From an uncultured Granulicella sp. (GTDB lineage: Bacteria; Acidobacteriota; Terriglobia; Terriglobales; Acidobacteriaceae): a stretch of DNA of 64,000 nucleotides. Below the pieces are notes generated by a model, which saw only the letters and a list, made by a program, of their open reading frames with translations, was not told where the DNA came from and did not search any database. The stretch lies in assembly GCA_964282815.1 (NCBI GenBank), contig OZ196148.1; one strand, written 5' to 3'. The position numbers and the translations under genes are program-made. Positions 18,288-27,778 of the stretch are shown in pieces (within the stretch, counting starts at the first letter, position 1; each line of letters begins with the position of its first letter).

Positions 18288-20861
18288 TTACGGTTCAATA
18301 ACAGCTTCGGGCGACGTCATCCTACCCATTGCAGACACACCCTGCGATCCCCCAAGCAGCGAAGTCACAGTCCGCCCCCCTGTCCCCTTCAGGCTCGTGG
18401 TCGCAGACGAATTTGGTGTCCGTGTGAACGGGAATGGACCAAAAGTGGTCGGCACCAGGTGAGAGTTCAGCGCCACCACCGTCACAGAGTGCGTTCCCAC
18501 CGAGAGCGCGTTCGCGCTGAAAGAGCCGGTGTAACCTGAGTTCGCATACCGCGGATTTCCCGTCGTCACCACCACGTCCGGACGCGCTATACCCTGCTTC
18601 AAGTCCTCGACCTGATTGCCGTCCACCAACAGATGAAGAATCGGCAGGGGGGTCCCATCGGTCGGATCCGCAGCCCATCCTGTCACCGTCACGACGTTAT
18701 ACTGCGTTTGCGGTGCGGAGCCAAGCACCGATTCGAAGTCCACATTGTCCAGGTGTCCAACCGGAGCCGGATACGCACTTTGGATTGTGATCGTCTTCGG
18801 CCCAAAGGTCGTTGAGAGCCCCAGGCTATCAGTCGCAACGACCGTCACCGCATGCGGCCCATCCGACAACTGCGACGCCGGATAGAAGAAGTGGTAGCCC
18901 GAGTTCAAAAACGCTGGGTTGGCGTACTGCGTGGCCACGGCCGCCCGGGCGTCCCCCATGTACGGCATCCCCACAGCTTTTCCATCCACATACACCTGCA
19001 CATTATGCAAAGGAGAGCCATCCACCACATCCGCCGTCCACCCCGTCACATACAAATTGTCGACCGTCGTAATCAGCGTGTTGTCGGTCGCCGCGCCCAC
19101 AGCCGCCTCAAGCACGCCCAGTGGAGCTGTAGCCGCCGCAAACGTCGCGTGATACTGGCCGCTTGTTGCCGGTGCAATCACCGTATCGGTCGTCCCTTTC
19201 GTCCCATCCTGCCACCCGCTGAACACGTACTGCGTACCCTGCGCCGTCAGCTTGGAAGCAACCGTCAGCGTGCAGCTGGAGTTCGGCGTCCAAAGCAGCG
19301 TCACCGGCGTAACGTAGCTGCCCGGAGCGCATCCCGAACCGCTCGCCGTCAAAGCCACACCGGAAGGCGTACTCGTGATCGTCGCGCTCCCCGCAGGCAG
19401 GCCGGGTGCAAGTGCAACCCCCTTGAAGTTCGAATCGGCCGGCGCCGCAGCCAGCTGCGTAAACGCGGTCGCAGGCTTGCTCGTCGCAGCCAGCTGATCG
19501 GTAAAGCCGTAAAGATAGGTCGCGTCCAGGTCATTGATCGTAAAGTTGGTCGCATACAGGTAAACCGAAGAGCCGTTAACCACCCCAGTCACACCGTACA
19601 AGCCTGTACTCCCGGAGGTGTTGGCCGGAGTCACGGTCGGATTGCTCACCAGGTTCAGACCCGCAGAAATCGTATACAGCAGCTGCCACGTTCCGCTTCC
19701 ATCCGTCTTCGTATTCACCCACTTCTGCAGCCCCCCATCGCCCAGCAGCGTACTCGCCGAGTTCTGCTTCGGATTCCCGGTGTCCGCAATGTACATCGTG
19801 TACGGATTCGCAAAGAAGTAGCCCGACGGGCTCAGGTTGATCTGCTGGCCTGCAATATTGATGCCGTTCGTCTCCGACGCCGTCAGCACCAGCTTGCCGT
19901 TGCTCGTTACAGCCGTCGGCGAAGCCGCGTTGTTACTGCTCACAAGCTGCGTTGCCCCCGCACCTCCCATATACAGGCTCGTCGCCGGGGGCGTCCCCAG
20001 CGTCCCCACAAACGACCGCGCCGCATTCGAGCCCTGCTTGGTGTCCGCCGAAACATACAGCGTCCCGTTGTAGATCTGCACATCCCGCGTATCCTGCGAG
20101 GTCGTATTGCTCGTCGAGTCCAGCCCGGTAATCGCGGTCGGCGCAGTATTCGTAGTAAACAACGGCGTATAGAACACCCCGCCATAAGCGTCCGTACCCG
20201 TGCTCTGGCCCGAGATATAAGCCGTCAGCCCGTCCGCCGTGAAACCGCTCCGCGGATTCTGCAGATTGTAGATGTTGAACAGCGCCGAGGACGTATTCAC
20301 ATTGCCATACGCGTCGATCAGAGCGATCACCCGCGCCACCGGCGTATAGCTGCTCTGCCCAGTCAGCGAGCCCGACTGCGCCAGCGCATTCGAAGGTGCC
20401 GCTCCATACGTCGTCGGACTCGCATCGAACGTCGGCGCGTCGATCCCATACGCCGCAATGCTCAAATACTGACCGCCCGTTGAAAGATGCAGCGTCGCCT
20501 CAGACGACGAACCATACTCACCTGAAATCGGCAGGTTCGCCCCGGAAGCCGTCTGCGGAAGCACCAGCGAGTTTACATACGTCACCCCCGCCGTCCCCAT
20601 CGGAGCATACTGAAACAGCGTCAGCGGCGCAGCCTGGTTATCTCCATACCCACCCGCGGAGCTGTTGCCCGCGCCCGTCCCCGTCCCATTCGGCACAGAG
20701 GCGCAAGTCCCCCCATGAACCCCGCACCCTTCGACCGTCACCACCACATTTCCCGGCGTAAACACAGCACTCTGCTGTGCCATCGCACTCAAACTCAAAG
20801 CGGCAGTCGTAAACGGAAGCAGAACAAAAGGAAACAGGCGCGGGACAGTACGTCGTGACAT
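18288..20861 (-). CDS. Large exported protein: beta-rich N-terminal domain plus two C-terminal Ig-like repeats
   Basis: Signal peptide ending SAMA-QQ; two repeats of GWxADxxDGxP...VDG...AR...NSGY...LSxGxHxVTVVA; Thr/Ser/Gly-rich. Confidence 0.8.
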   Translation of the reverse strand: MSRRTVPRLFPFVLLPFTTAALSLSAMAQQSAVFTPGNVVVTVEGCGVHGGTCASVPNGTGTGAGNSSAGGYGDNQAAPLTLFQYAPMGTAGVTYVNSLVLPQTASGANLPISGEYGSSSEATLHLSTGGQYLSIAAYGIDAPTFDASPTTYGAAPSNALAQSGSLTGQSSYTPVARVIALIDAYGNVNTSSALFNIYNLQNPRSGFTADGLTAYISGQSTGTDAYGGVFYTPLFTTNTAPTAITGLDSTSNTTSQDTRDVQIYNGTLYVSADTKQGSNAARSFVGTLGTPPATSLYMGGAGATQLVSSNNAASPTAVTSNGKLVLTASETNGINIAGQQINLSPSGYFFANPYTMYIADTGNPKQNSASTLLGDGGLQKWVNTKTDGSGTWQLLYTISAGLNLVSNPTVTPANTSGSTGLYGVTGVVNGSSVYLYATNFTINDLDATYLYGFTDQLAATSKPATAFTQLAAAPADSNFKGVALAPGLPAGSATITSTPSGVALTASGSGCAPGSYVTPVTLLWTPNSSCTLTVASKLTAQGTQYVFSGWQDGTKGTTDTVIAPATSGQYHATFAAATAPLGVLEAAVGAATDNTLITTVDNLYVTGWTADVVDGSPLHNVQVYVDGKAVGMPYMGDARAAVATQYANPAFLNSGYHFFYPASQLSDGPHAVTVVATDSLGLSTTFGPKTITIQSAYPAPVGHLDNVDFESVLGSAPQTQYNVVTVTGWAADPTDGTPLPILHLLVDGNQVEDLKQGIARPDVVVTTGNPRYANSGYTGSFSANALSVGTHSVTVVALNSHLVPTTFGPFPFTRTPNSSATTSLKGTGGRTVTSLLGGSQGVSAMGRMTSPEAVIEP

Positions 20862-20895
20862 AGGGGTCCTTTAAGGCAGTCAGATTTTAGGGAAA

Positions 20896-21265
20896 TCAGA
20901 TTTCTGCGGAAAGCAGGCACGACAAGTATGCCTCGACCCAAGCTCCATCTTGTGAACTCAAGGTTAATGCAAAAGGAAATTTCGCTCTCCACAATCTCAC
21001 CGGCCAAACCTGATCCACCGCCGGCCGCTGCGCCCCTTCAATCACCAGCGCCTGCACCGCCCCACGCATAGGCTCCAGCCTTAATCCCAGCTGCTCCCGA
21101 ATCGCCTCGAACAGCGGAAGACTCTTCGCCGTCGCCCCCCGCATCCTCCACCGCGCCGCCAAACTGGCTCCAATCCGGAGCCCAGCTCAAGTCAAAGTCA
21201 TACCGCCCCGCCAGCCCCGTCCGATCCACCACCGGCCGATCCACCACCCCACGCTGTTAGCATTT
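20896..21265 (-). pseudogene. C-terminal remnant of a TIGR03435-family acidobacterial protein
   Basis: QRGVVDRPVVDRTGLAGRYDFDLSWAPD and, after a frameshift in C6 at 21135-21140, SLPLFEAIREQLGLRLEP...LVIEGAQRP. No N-terminal half is present before the upstream SDR stop. Confidence 0.7.
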
Positions 21266-21372
21266 CGTTGCCTTAATAGGCTGAAGCCCCCGCAGGGCCC
21301 CAAATAGTCCGGGGAGGAACGATAAACGACGCCGCCGGAGAACTACGACTATCACAATCGATAGGTCAACTC

Positions 21373-22146
21373 TTACAAATTCAGCTTCTTGAACACCCGC
21401 TCCGGGATCTCCCGAATCACAAACATGATAGGCCGCCACTGAAACGGCACATACAGCACATCCTGCCGCTTCTCAATCGCCTTCACAATGCTCGCCGCCA
21501 CCTTATTCACATCCGCAAACTTCTCCGACCCCTTCATCCCCGCCGTCATCGCCGTCCGCGTCGGCCCAGGCTTGATCGTCAGCACCGTGACCCCCTCACG
21601 ATCCACCCGATTCCGCAACCCGCCCAAGAATGCGGTCAGCCCAGCCTTCGCCGACCCATACAAATAGTTCGACTTCCGCCCCCGATCCCCCGCCACGCTC
21701 GAAAGCACCGCCAAAACCCCCGCATGCCGCTGCACACAGAAATTCGCCAGCCACGTCAGCAGACTCACCGGTGAAACAAAGTTCGTATGCAGTATCTGCG
21801 CCGCCGTATTGAACTCGTGCTCCCCCGCAGCCTGATCTCCCAGCAATCCATGCGCCAGGTAAGCCACATCCATCCCCGTCAGCGAGTTCACCGCATGCGC
21901 CAGCAGCGCCGCATGCCCTTCCGTATCATCCAAATCCGCCACAGCCGTGTCCACATAACTGGCGCCTCGCGTCTTCAGATCCGCCGCCACCGCCGCCAGC
22001 CGCTCCGGATTCCGAGCCACCAAGAACAAACTAGCCCCCTGCTCCGCCCATATCCGGCAAGTAGCCTCGGCAATCCCGGACGTAGCCCCCAAAACTAAAA
22101 TCTTCTTCGGAGCCAGTCCGTCCCGCCTCGTATGCACCAGTTCCAC
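21373..22146 (-). CDS. SDR oxidoreductase, DprE2-like (polyprenylphospho-pentofuranosulose reductase family)
   Basis: ILVLGATSGIA, SSVAGDRGRKSNYLYGSAK and TIKPGPTRTAMT; directly follows the DprE1-like gene. Start uncertain (22137-22170). Confidence 0.85.
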   Translation of the reverse strand: MELVHTRRDGLAPKKILVLGATSGIAEATCRIWAEQGASLFLVARNPERLAAVAADLKTRGASYVDTAVADLDDTEGHAALLAHAVNSLTGMDVAYLAHGLLGDQAAGEHEFNTAAQILHTNFVSPVSLLTWLANFCVQRHAGVLAVLSSVAGDRGRKSNYLYGSAKAGLTAFLGGLRNRVDREGVTVLTIKPGPTRTAMTAGMKGSEKFADVNKVAASIVKAIEKRQDVLYVPFQWRPIMFVIREIPERVFKKLNL

Positions 22147-22189
22147 CAATCCCCCCTGACCACTCACCACTCAAAACTGACCACTCGCC

Positions 22190-23563
22190 CTACCCCGTAC
22201 ACCGCTCCCAAAAACTACTCGTCAACAAAGGATCCCGAAACTTCGCCAGCTCCGTCCACTGCGGATAGAACGTCTGGAACTGATCCGCCGTCATCGCTGC
22301 ATCCTTCGCCGGATAAAGCCGTCCGCCAAACTCCCGAGTCATATCCGCCAACCGTTCAAACAGCGGAAACGTCACATCCGCCTTGATCGGAAAGTCCAAA
22401 GCCAGCGTAATCCCTGGCTGCGGAAAGCTCATCAACCCAGGGCTTGGCACATCCCCAAAGGCCTTCAACACCGCCAGAAAACTAGCCAGCCCGCTCTTCG
22501 CCACCTCCTGCAGAATCGCAATCGTCCCCTCTCGCGCCGCACCCCAGGGAATCGCATACTGAAACTGCAGCAGCCCAGCCTTCCCATACATCCGGTTCCA
22601 GTGCAGCACCTTATCCAGCGGATAAAAAAACGGCTCATAGTCCTGCAAAGCCCTTACATTCGGCTTTATCTGTTTATGAAAGTAAGCAAAGTTGAACATG
22701 GAAACCGTCGTATGGTTCAGGGCGAAGCCCGGCGCGTCGAACGGGAACACCAGTTTCGGCTCCGGACTAGGCCTCAGCTCGCCCGCCATCCGCGAGTGAT
22801 CTCCCAGCATAAAAATCCCCCGCGCAAAGTTCTTCCCCGTGCTCGCACAATCGATCCAGCTCACCGTATATTCCACATGCTCCGACTGCCGCGTCAGGTC
22901 CAGAAACTCATCAATCCCATGAAACTGGATCCCCTCATAATCAATCATCCGCGAAACGATCGGCCGCAGCTTCACCTGCGCCCACGTAATCAGCCCCGTC
23001 AACCCCAGCCCGCCGATCGTAGCCCCAAACCAATCCGCATTCTCTCCCGGAGAACAAATCCGCCGAGACCCATCCGACCGCACCAGCTCGAACCCCGTCA
23101 CATGCCGCCCAAATGTCCCCGCAACATGATGGTTCTTGCCATGAATATCGTTGGCAATCGCCCCGCCTAACGTCACATACTTCGTTCCCGGCGTAACCGG
23201 CAGAAACCATCCCCGAGGCACCGCAAAGTCCAGTATCTGCGCCAGCGTCACCCCCGCCTCCGCCGTCAGCACGCCCGTCTCCGCATCGAACCCCAGCAGC
23301 CGGTTCATTCCCGTCGTCACCACCAGGTTCCCGCCATTCAGCAGGCAACTATCTCCATAGCTCCGCCCCATTCCCACCGGCAGCGCCCCATCCGCCAGCC
23401 CCGCTACATTCGCCGGAAACTCGCCCTGCCAATGCATCGGCACCAACTTCGCCCCGTACTTCGGATACCGCCCCCAACTTTCAAACGCACCCGTCTGCCC
23501 TTCGCCATCCCGCCCCGAAGGAGTTCCGCCGTCACTTACCGGATAAGTCGCAGACGCAGCCAT
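22190..23563 (-). CDS. FAD-binding oxidoreductase, DprE1-like
   Basis: GMGRSYGD, PVTPGTKYVTLGGAIANDIHGKNHH, FLAVLKAFG, LALDFP and GGRLYPAKD. Confidence 0.88.
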   Translation of the reverse strand: MAASATYPVSDGGTPSGRDGEGQTGAFESWGRYPKYGAKLVPMHWQGEFPANVAGLADGALPVGMGRSYGDSCLLNGGNLVVTTGMNRLLGFDAETGVLTAEAGVTLAQILDFAVPRGWFLPVTPGTKYVTLGGAIANDIHGKNHHVAGTFGRHVTGFELVRSDGSRRICSPGENADWFGATIGGLGLTGLITWAQVKLRPIVSRMIDYEGIQFHGIDEFLDLTRQSEHVEYTVSWIDCASTGKNFARGIFMLGDHSRMAGELRPSPEPKLVFPFDAPGFALNHTTVSMFNFAYFHKQIKPNVRALQDYEPFFYPLDKVLHWNRMYGKAGLLQFQYAIPWGAAREGTIAILQEVAKSGLASFLAVLKAFGDVPSPGLMSFPQPGITLALDFPIKADVTFPLFERLADMTREFGGRLYPAKDAAMTADQFQTFYPQWTELAKFRDPLLTSSFWERCTG

Positions 23564-23663
23564 ACCACAATCTTACTTCCTTCCGCCCCAAACAAAAGAA
23601 GCACAGTCCATAAGACCGTGCCCCTTCCGTTCGCAACCGCAACGCGCTAGGGTAACCACGAAC

Positions 23664-24059
23664 CTAGGCCGCCTTCTGCCGCTCCGCAAGCCCCTTCGCC
23701 GCCTCAGCCCGGGCAGACTTCGCCACCTCGGCCAGCGCCGTAAAGCCTGCCGCATCGTTCGCCGCGATATCCGCCAGGATCTTCCGGTCCAGCGTATTGC
23801 CCGCAAGCTTCAGCCCATTAATAAACGTGGAATAGCTCATCCCGTTCTTCAGAGCAGCCGCGCCAATCCGCACGATCCAAAGCGAGCGATACTGCCGCTT
23901 CTTCTGTTTCCGGCCCGTATAAGCAAACTTCAGCCCACGCTCGACGGCCTCTTGCGCCGCCTGGTACAGCTTGGATTTGGTAAGAAAGTAACCGCTCGCC
24001 CTCTTGAGAATCTTGCGCCGGCGATCAGCGCGTTTAGTACTCCGTTTGACACGGGGCAT
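23664..24059 (-). CDS. rplT: 50S ribosomal protein L20
   Basis: MPRVKRS...[16 protein letters not shown]...[10 protein letters not shown]. Confidence 0.98.
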   Translation of the reverse strand: MPRVKRSTKRADRRRKILKRASGYFLTKSKLYQAAQEAVERGLKFAYTGRKQKKRQYRSLWIVRIGAAALKNGMSYSTFINGLKLAGNTLDRKILADIAANDAAGFTALAEVAKSARAEAAKGLAERQKAA

Positions 24060-24260
24060 CGTAAAACTCCTCTTTGCGACATCGTCTCAGCGGCTGGTGG
24101 AAGGGGTTCCACTTCACACGCTCTACAAATCCTGCTCTCCATGGAGGTCGCCGAAGCTAATCCAGAGGCCTCACGCATTCGGCCCACTTGAACAGAACAA
24201 CTCACCCGAAACTCCCAGCAGTCACGGACCCCTGAAACCTGGCCCCTGACCCCTCTTCAC

Positions 24261-24458
24261 TCAGGCGTAAGGCAGCATACGGGAAACGTTGTAGTGATCC
24301 GCGTCGGAGATCAACCCAGACTTGCCCAGACGGCTCTTGGTCTTGTTGTTCTTCGACGTCAGGATGTGCCGCATCTTCGAGTGGCCCCGCTTGAACTTGC
24401 CGGTACCAGTCTTCTTGAAGCGCTTCGCAGCTCCCGAGTGTGTCTTCAACTTTGGCAT
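24261..24458 (-). CDS. rpmI: 50S ribosomal protein L35
   Basis: [21 protein letters not shown]...RHILT...MLPY. Confidence 0.98.
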   Translation of the reverse strand: MPKLKTHSGAAKRFKKTGTGKFKRGHSKMRHILTSKNNKTKSRLGKSGLISDADHYNVSRMLPYA

Positions 24459-24589
24459 CGTAATTCCTTTGTTGGCTCCCCATTGACTCCGCGCAAAAGC
24501 GAAGCTCTAGGCAACCCTGTTAGTCTACACGATCCCCCTCCCACGCCCATAGCATCGAATCAACGATGTCTGAACCCTCGACCCTCAAA

Positions 24590-24680
24590 GGGAAAAGGGA
24601 AAAGGGAGAAGGGTATAGGGAGAAGAAGACATGCTCTCCCCTGATCCCTGATCCCTGATCCCTCTAACCCTCTACCCTCG
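24590..24680. repeat. Heptamer-period repeats: (GGGAAAA)n-like block followed by (CCCTGAT)n block
   Basis: GGGAAAAGGGAAAAGGGAGAAGGGTATAGGG ... CCCTGATCCCTGATCCCTGATCCCTCTAACCCTCTACCC. Confidence 0.8.
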
Positions 24681-24712
24681 AGCAGCCAACAACTCCAAAA
24701 AGAGGCCCCGCC

Positions 24713-25153
24713 ATGCCGATCATCCGCACCTGCCCCCAATGCCAGCAGAAAAATCGCATCGCCGCCCAGAACCTCGCCCGGGCGGGCCGCTGCGGAGCCT
24801 GCCAGGCCCCCATTCCACCCCTCACCGAACCCCTTCCAGTCACCGAAGCCCTCTTCGACGAAATCCTCGAAAACTCCCCCGTCCCCATCCTCGTCGACTT
24901 CTGGGCAGAATGGTGCGGACCCTGCCGCGCCGCCGCCCCCGAAGTTGCCAAGACCGCCCGCACCATGGCCGGCCAGGCTCTCATCCTCAAAGTCGATACA
25001 GAAGCCCACCCAAACCTTTCCGCGCGCTACCAGGTCCGCGGCATCCCCAACTTCCTCGTCCTCTTCAAAGGCAAAACCATCCTCCAGCAAGCCGGCCTGG
25101 TCAACCACCAGCAGATGGAGCAATGGCTCCTCTCAGCCGCCGCCGCAGCCTGA
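24713..25153 (+). CDS. trxC: Thioredoxin 2 (zinc-finger thioredoxin)
   Basis: CPQC/CGAC zinc finger and WAEWCGPC active site. Confidence 0.92.
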   Translation: MPIIRTCPQCQQKNRIAAQNLARAGRCGACQAPIPPLTEPLPVTEALFDEILENSPVPILVDFWAEWCGPCRAAAPEVAKTARTMAGQALILKVDTEAHPNLSARYQVRGIPNFLVLFKGKTILQQAGLVNHQQMEQWLLSAAAAA

Positions 25154-25233
25154 TCTGGGTCGGCAAACCTAAACCCAGAATTCTGCCTCAATGCCATCAA
25201 ACCGCGCTATCCTCTCTCCGGAGAGGGAACGAA

Positions 25234-26001
25234 ATGACCGCTGGACCCAAACTCGCATCGGCACTGCTCCTCATGACCTTTGCCTTCGCCCAGGCCCAGA
25301 CATCACCCACCCCACAGCCTCAGCAAACGCCTCTCCCACCCCCCTATCGCGGCGTCGACGTCCACATCCCCGGCATCTACGTCACGCCAGTCCCCAACGC
25401 ACCCTTCACCGCGAAGGTCCAGATCGTCTCCCAGCAGCAGTTGCCAGACGGATCCGTCCAGATTCGTAAGACCATCAACCACATCGCCCGCCAGTCCTCC
25501 GGCCGCATCTACAACGAGCGCCGCCAGCTCGTCCCGCCCACCTTCCAGCCCGAGCCACGCCTCCTCTCCGCCCACATCTACGACCCCAACACCCGCCTCA
25601 ACACCTTCCTCAACCCCTTCACCCACATCGCGGAGGACAGCACTCTCAAGCGGCCGCCCACCGTGCCCGCCAACTCCGTGCCGCCTCGCATCGTCCAGCA
25701 AAACCCGCTCCTCAAAGAGGAAGACTTAGGCGAGCAGCCCCTCGGACCCGTCACCCTGAAGGGCATCCGCCGCTCCCGCACCGTCCCCGCCGCCGCCAGC
25801 GGAACCGGCAAGGAGATCGTCATCGTGGATGAGTATTGGTACTCCCCAGACCTCTCCATCTACATGATCATCAAGCATAATGACCCCCGCACCGGCGAGC
25901 AGATCGTCGCCGTCTCGGAAGTCGAGCGAGGCGAACCCGACGGCCTCCAGTTCGCCGTCCCTGCAACCTACAAGCGGGTCGACGTCACCCCAGTCGAATA
26001 G
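25234..26001 (+). CDS. Conserved hypothetical exported protein
   Basis: ATG after GAGGG; signal peptide; VPNAPFTA...TINHIARQSSGRIYNE...EYWYSPDL...NDPRTGEQ pattern. The upstream extension of the track ORF overlaps trxC and is ignored. Confidence 0.75.
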   Translation: MTAGPKLASALLLMTFAFAQAQTSPTPQPQQTPLPPPYRGVDVHIPGIYVTPVPNAPFTAKVQIVSQQQLPDGSVQIRKTINHIARQSSGRIYNERRQLVPPTFQPEPRLLSAHIYDPNTRLNTFLNPFTHIAEDSTLKRPPTVPANSVPPRIVQQNPLLKEEDLGEQPLGPVTLKGIRRSRTVPAAASGTGKEIVIVDEYWYSPDLSIYMIIKHNDPRTGEQIVAVSEVERGEPDGLQFAVPATYKRVDVTPVE

Positions 26002-26033
26002 CGCCAGTTGAATGGAGCCAGTCGAATAGCGCC
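25990..26033. repeat. 14-bp tandem repeat x3 (CCAGTCGAATAGCG) overlapping the stop codon
   Basis: CCAGTCGAATAGCG CCAGTTGAATGGAG CCAGTCGAATAGCG. Confidence 0.75.
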
Positions 26034-26072
26034 CGCCCCGGCAACCTCCAGCACAGGAAGCGATGGCTTCGC

Positions 26073-26186
26073 TATAGCAAATTCGCTGTAGGTGTAGAGG
26101 GAGGCGTTGCTAGGAACGTCATTTTCTCTCAAGGAAAATGACACTGCACCATGCTTCCACTCCACAGCAACAGCTAATTTGCTCTG
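26073..26186. mobile_element. MITE-like element, copy 2 (114 bp)
   Basis: TATAGCAAATTCGCTGT ... ACAGCTAATTTGCTCTG; same internal GTCATTTTC/GAAAATGAC hairpin as copy 1. Confidence 0.75.
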
Positions 26187-26198
26187 CGCAGAAGCCGC

Positions 26199-27698
26199 TC
26201 AGATCGTCACCGCGCAGGCAAGCTCCGCCGCCACCTCAGCGATCACCTCACTCCACTCTCCCTCCACCGTCTGCCGGAACAGCCGTGCGCTCGGATACCA
26301 CGGACTGTCCTTCCGCTCCATCATCCACCGCCAATCCGGTCTCACCGGCAGCAAGATCCAAACCGGCTTCCCAAGCGCCCCAGCCAGATGCGCCACAGAG
26401 GTATCCACCGTCACGATCAGGTCCAGATCACAGATCGCCGCCGCCGTCTCCGCAAAGTCTCCCGTCTGCGGCTGAACCCCCGCAAACCGCAGCCCGCCGG
26501 TGTCCGCCTCAACGCTCACCGGCCCCCGCTGCAAAGAATAAAACGAAACCCCGTCCACCTGCCACAACGGCCGCAGCGCCGCCAGGGAAAGCGACCGCTC
26601 CCGGTCAACTACATTGATCGCCCCGCCCGCCCAAACCACCCCAACACGCAGTCCCACGCCGCCTTTTTCCCGAACCCACGAAGAACCCTCCCCCTTGCAC
26701 CGCAGGGCATTGCACCGCAGGTAAGGAACCACCCCAGGGATGCTCTCGACCTCCGTCCCAAACGCCAGAGGCAAACTGAGCAGCGGACAATGCCACGTAA
26801 ACTCCGGCAGCACTTCCCCGCGCGCAATTACCTCCACCCCATCGAACGTGCCGGCAACCAGCCGCTGAAGCTCAGGATGAACCTCCAGAACAATCCGCGC
26901 TCCCTGCTCCTCCACCAGCGGGACATATCGCAGAAATTGGATCGTATCCCCAAACCCCTGCTCCGCGTGCAGCAAAATCCTCGCTCCCCGAATCGGCTCG
27001 CCCTTCCACTGCGGCTGCCGAAAGTTCCGCTTCGGCGAAGGAAACTGCTCCCACCGCCACCTCCACTCATGCTCCACCCAGCCCTCGCAAAACGCCCCGC
27101 GACACAAAAGACAATGGCTCAGATTTACATGCGCCTGCGCCAGATCAGGCTTCAGCGCGATTGCTCGCCGGTAATACTCCTCCACCACTGGCCCCGCCTT
27201 CTGCTGCAGCGAAGATAAATACCCCAGATTCGCATACGCCTCCGCATACCTCGGCTCAACCGACAAAGCCCTCCGCATCCACTCCTCCGCATCGCCATAC
27301 CGCCCGGCCAGCAGCAGCACATGCCCCAGCGAGTTCGCATATTGAGGCTCCTCCGGCTTCAACGCCGCAGCCTGCCGATAGCTCTCCACAGCCGCCTCGA
27401 TCTCCCCCCGCTCCATCAAAAGATGGCCCAAGTTCCCATGAATCTCCGCCGACCCCGGGCTCAGCGCAGCCGCCGCCCGCACAAAAATCAGCGCAGTCTC
27501 CCAATCCCGCAGCGAAGCAAACACGCTCCCCAGCGCGTTATAAGCCGCAAAGCAAGACCCATCCAGCGCAATCGCCCGCCGAAAACACTCCACAGCCCCC
27601 GCCAGATCACCCGCACCCTGCAACAAAAACCCGCGAGCCACCTCCTCCTCAGACGAAGCCTCCCTGCTCAATCCCTCGCTAATCGCATCACCTCGCAC
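26199..27698 (-). CDS. TPR-repeat protein with C-terminal GT9-like glycosyltransferase domain
   Basis: About 5-6 TPRs, then GWVEHEWRW, ILLHAEQGFGDTIQFLRY, DLIVTVDTSVAHLAGALGKP and DWRW...SPWYPSARLFRQ. Confidence 0.85.
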   Translation of the reverse strand: MRGDAISEGLSREASSEEEVARGFLLQGAGDLAGAVECFRRAIALDGSCFAAYNALGSVFASLRDWETALIFVRAAAALSPGSAEIHGNLGHLLMERGEIEAAVESYRQAAALKPEEPQYANSLGHVLLLAGRYGDAEEWMRRALSVEPRYAEAYANLGYLSSLQQKAGPVVEEYYRRAIALKPDLAQAHVNLSHCLLCRGAFCEGWVEHEWRWRWEQFPSPKRNFRQPQWKGEPIRGARILLHAEQGFGDTIQFLRYVPLVEEQGARIVLEVHPELQRLVAGTFDGVEVIARGEVLPEFTWHCPLLSLPLAFGTEVESIPGVVPYLRCNALRCKGEGSSWVREKGGVGLRVGVVWAGGAINVVDRERSLSLAALRPLWQVDGVSFYSLQRGPVSVEADTGGLRFAGVQPQTGDFAETAAAICDLDLIVTVDTSVAHLAGALGKPVWILLPVRPDWRWMMERKDSPWYPSARLFRQTVEGEWSEVIAEVAAELACAVTI

Positions 27699-27778
27699 CC
27701 GGCCTTACCGCGTCCCAAGGCGTTTATACCGCACTTCCCTCATGCAAACTCCCGCAAACCCAAGCGTATCCTCTCAAC

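Noticed and set aside
24739-25233. N-terminal extension of the 420-aa track ORF, and similar extensions of the S53, gyrA, FabG-like and 53904 ORFs
   Set aside because: They overlap other genes or intergenic repeats; downstream ATGs give proper RBS and signal-peptide starts.
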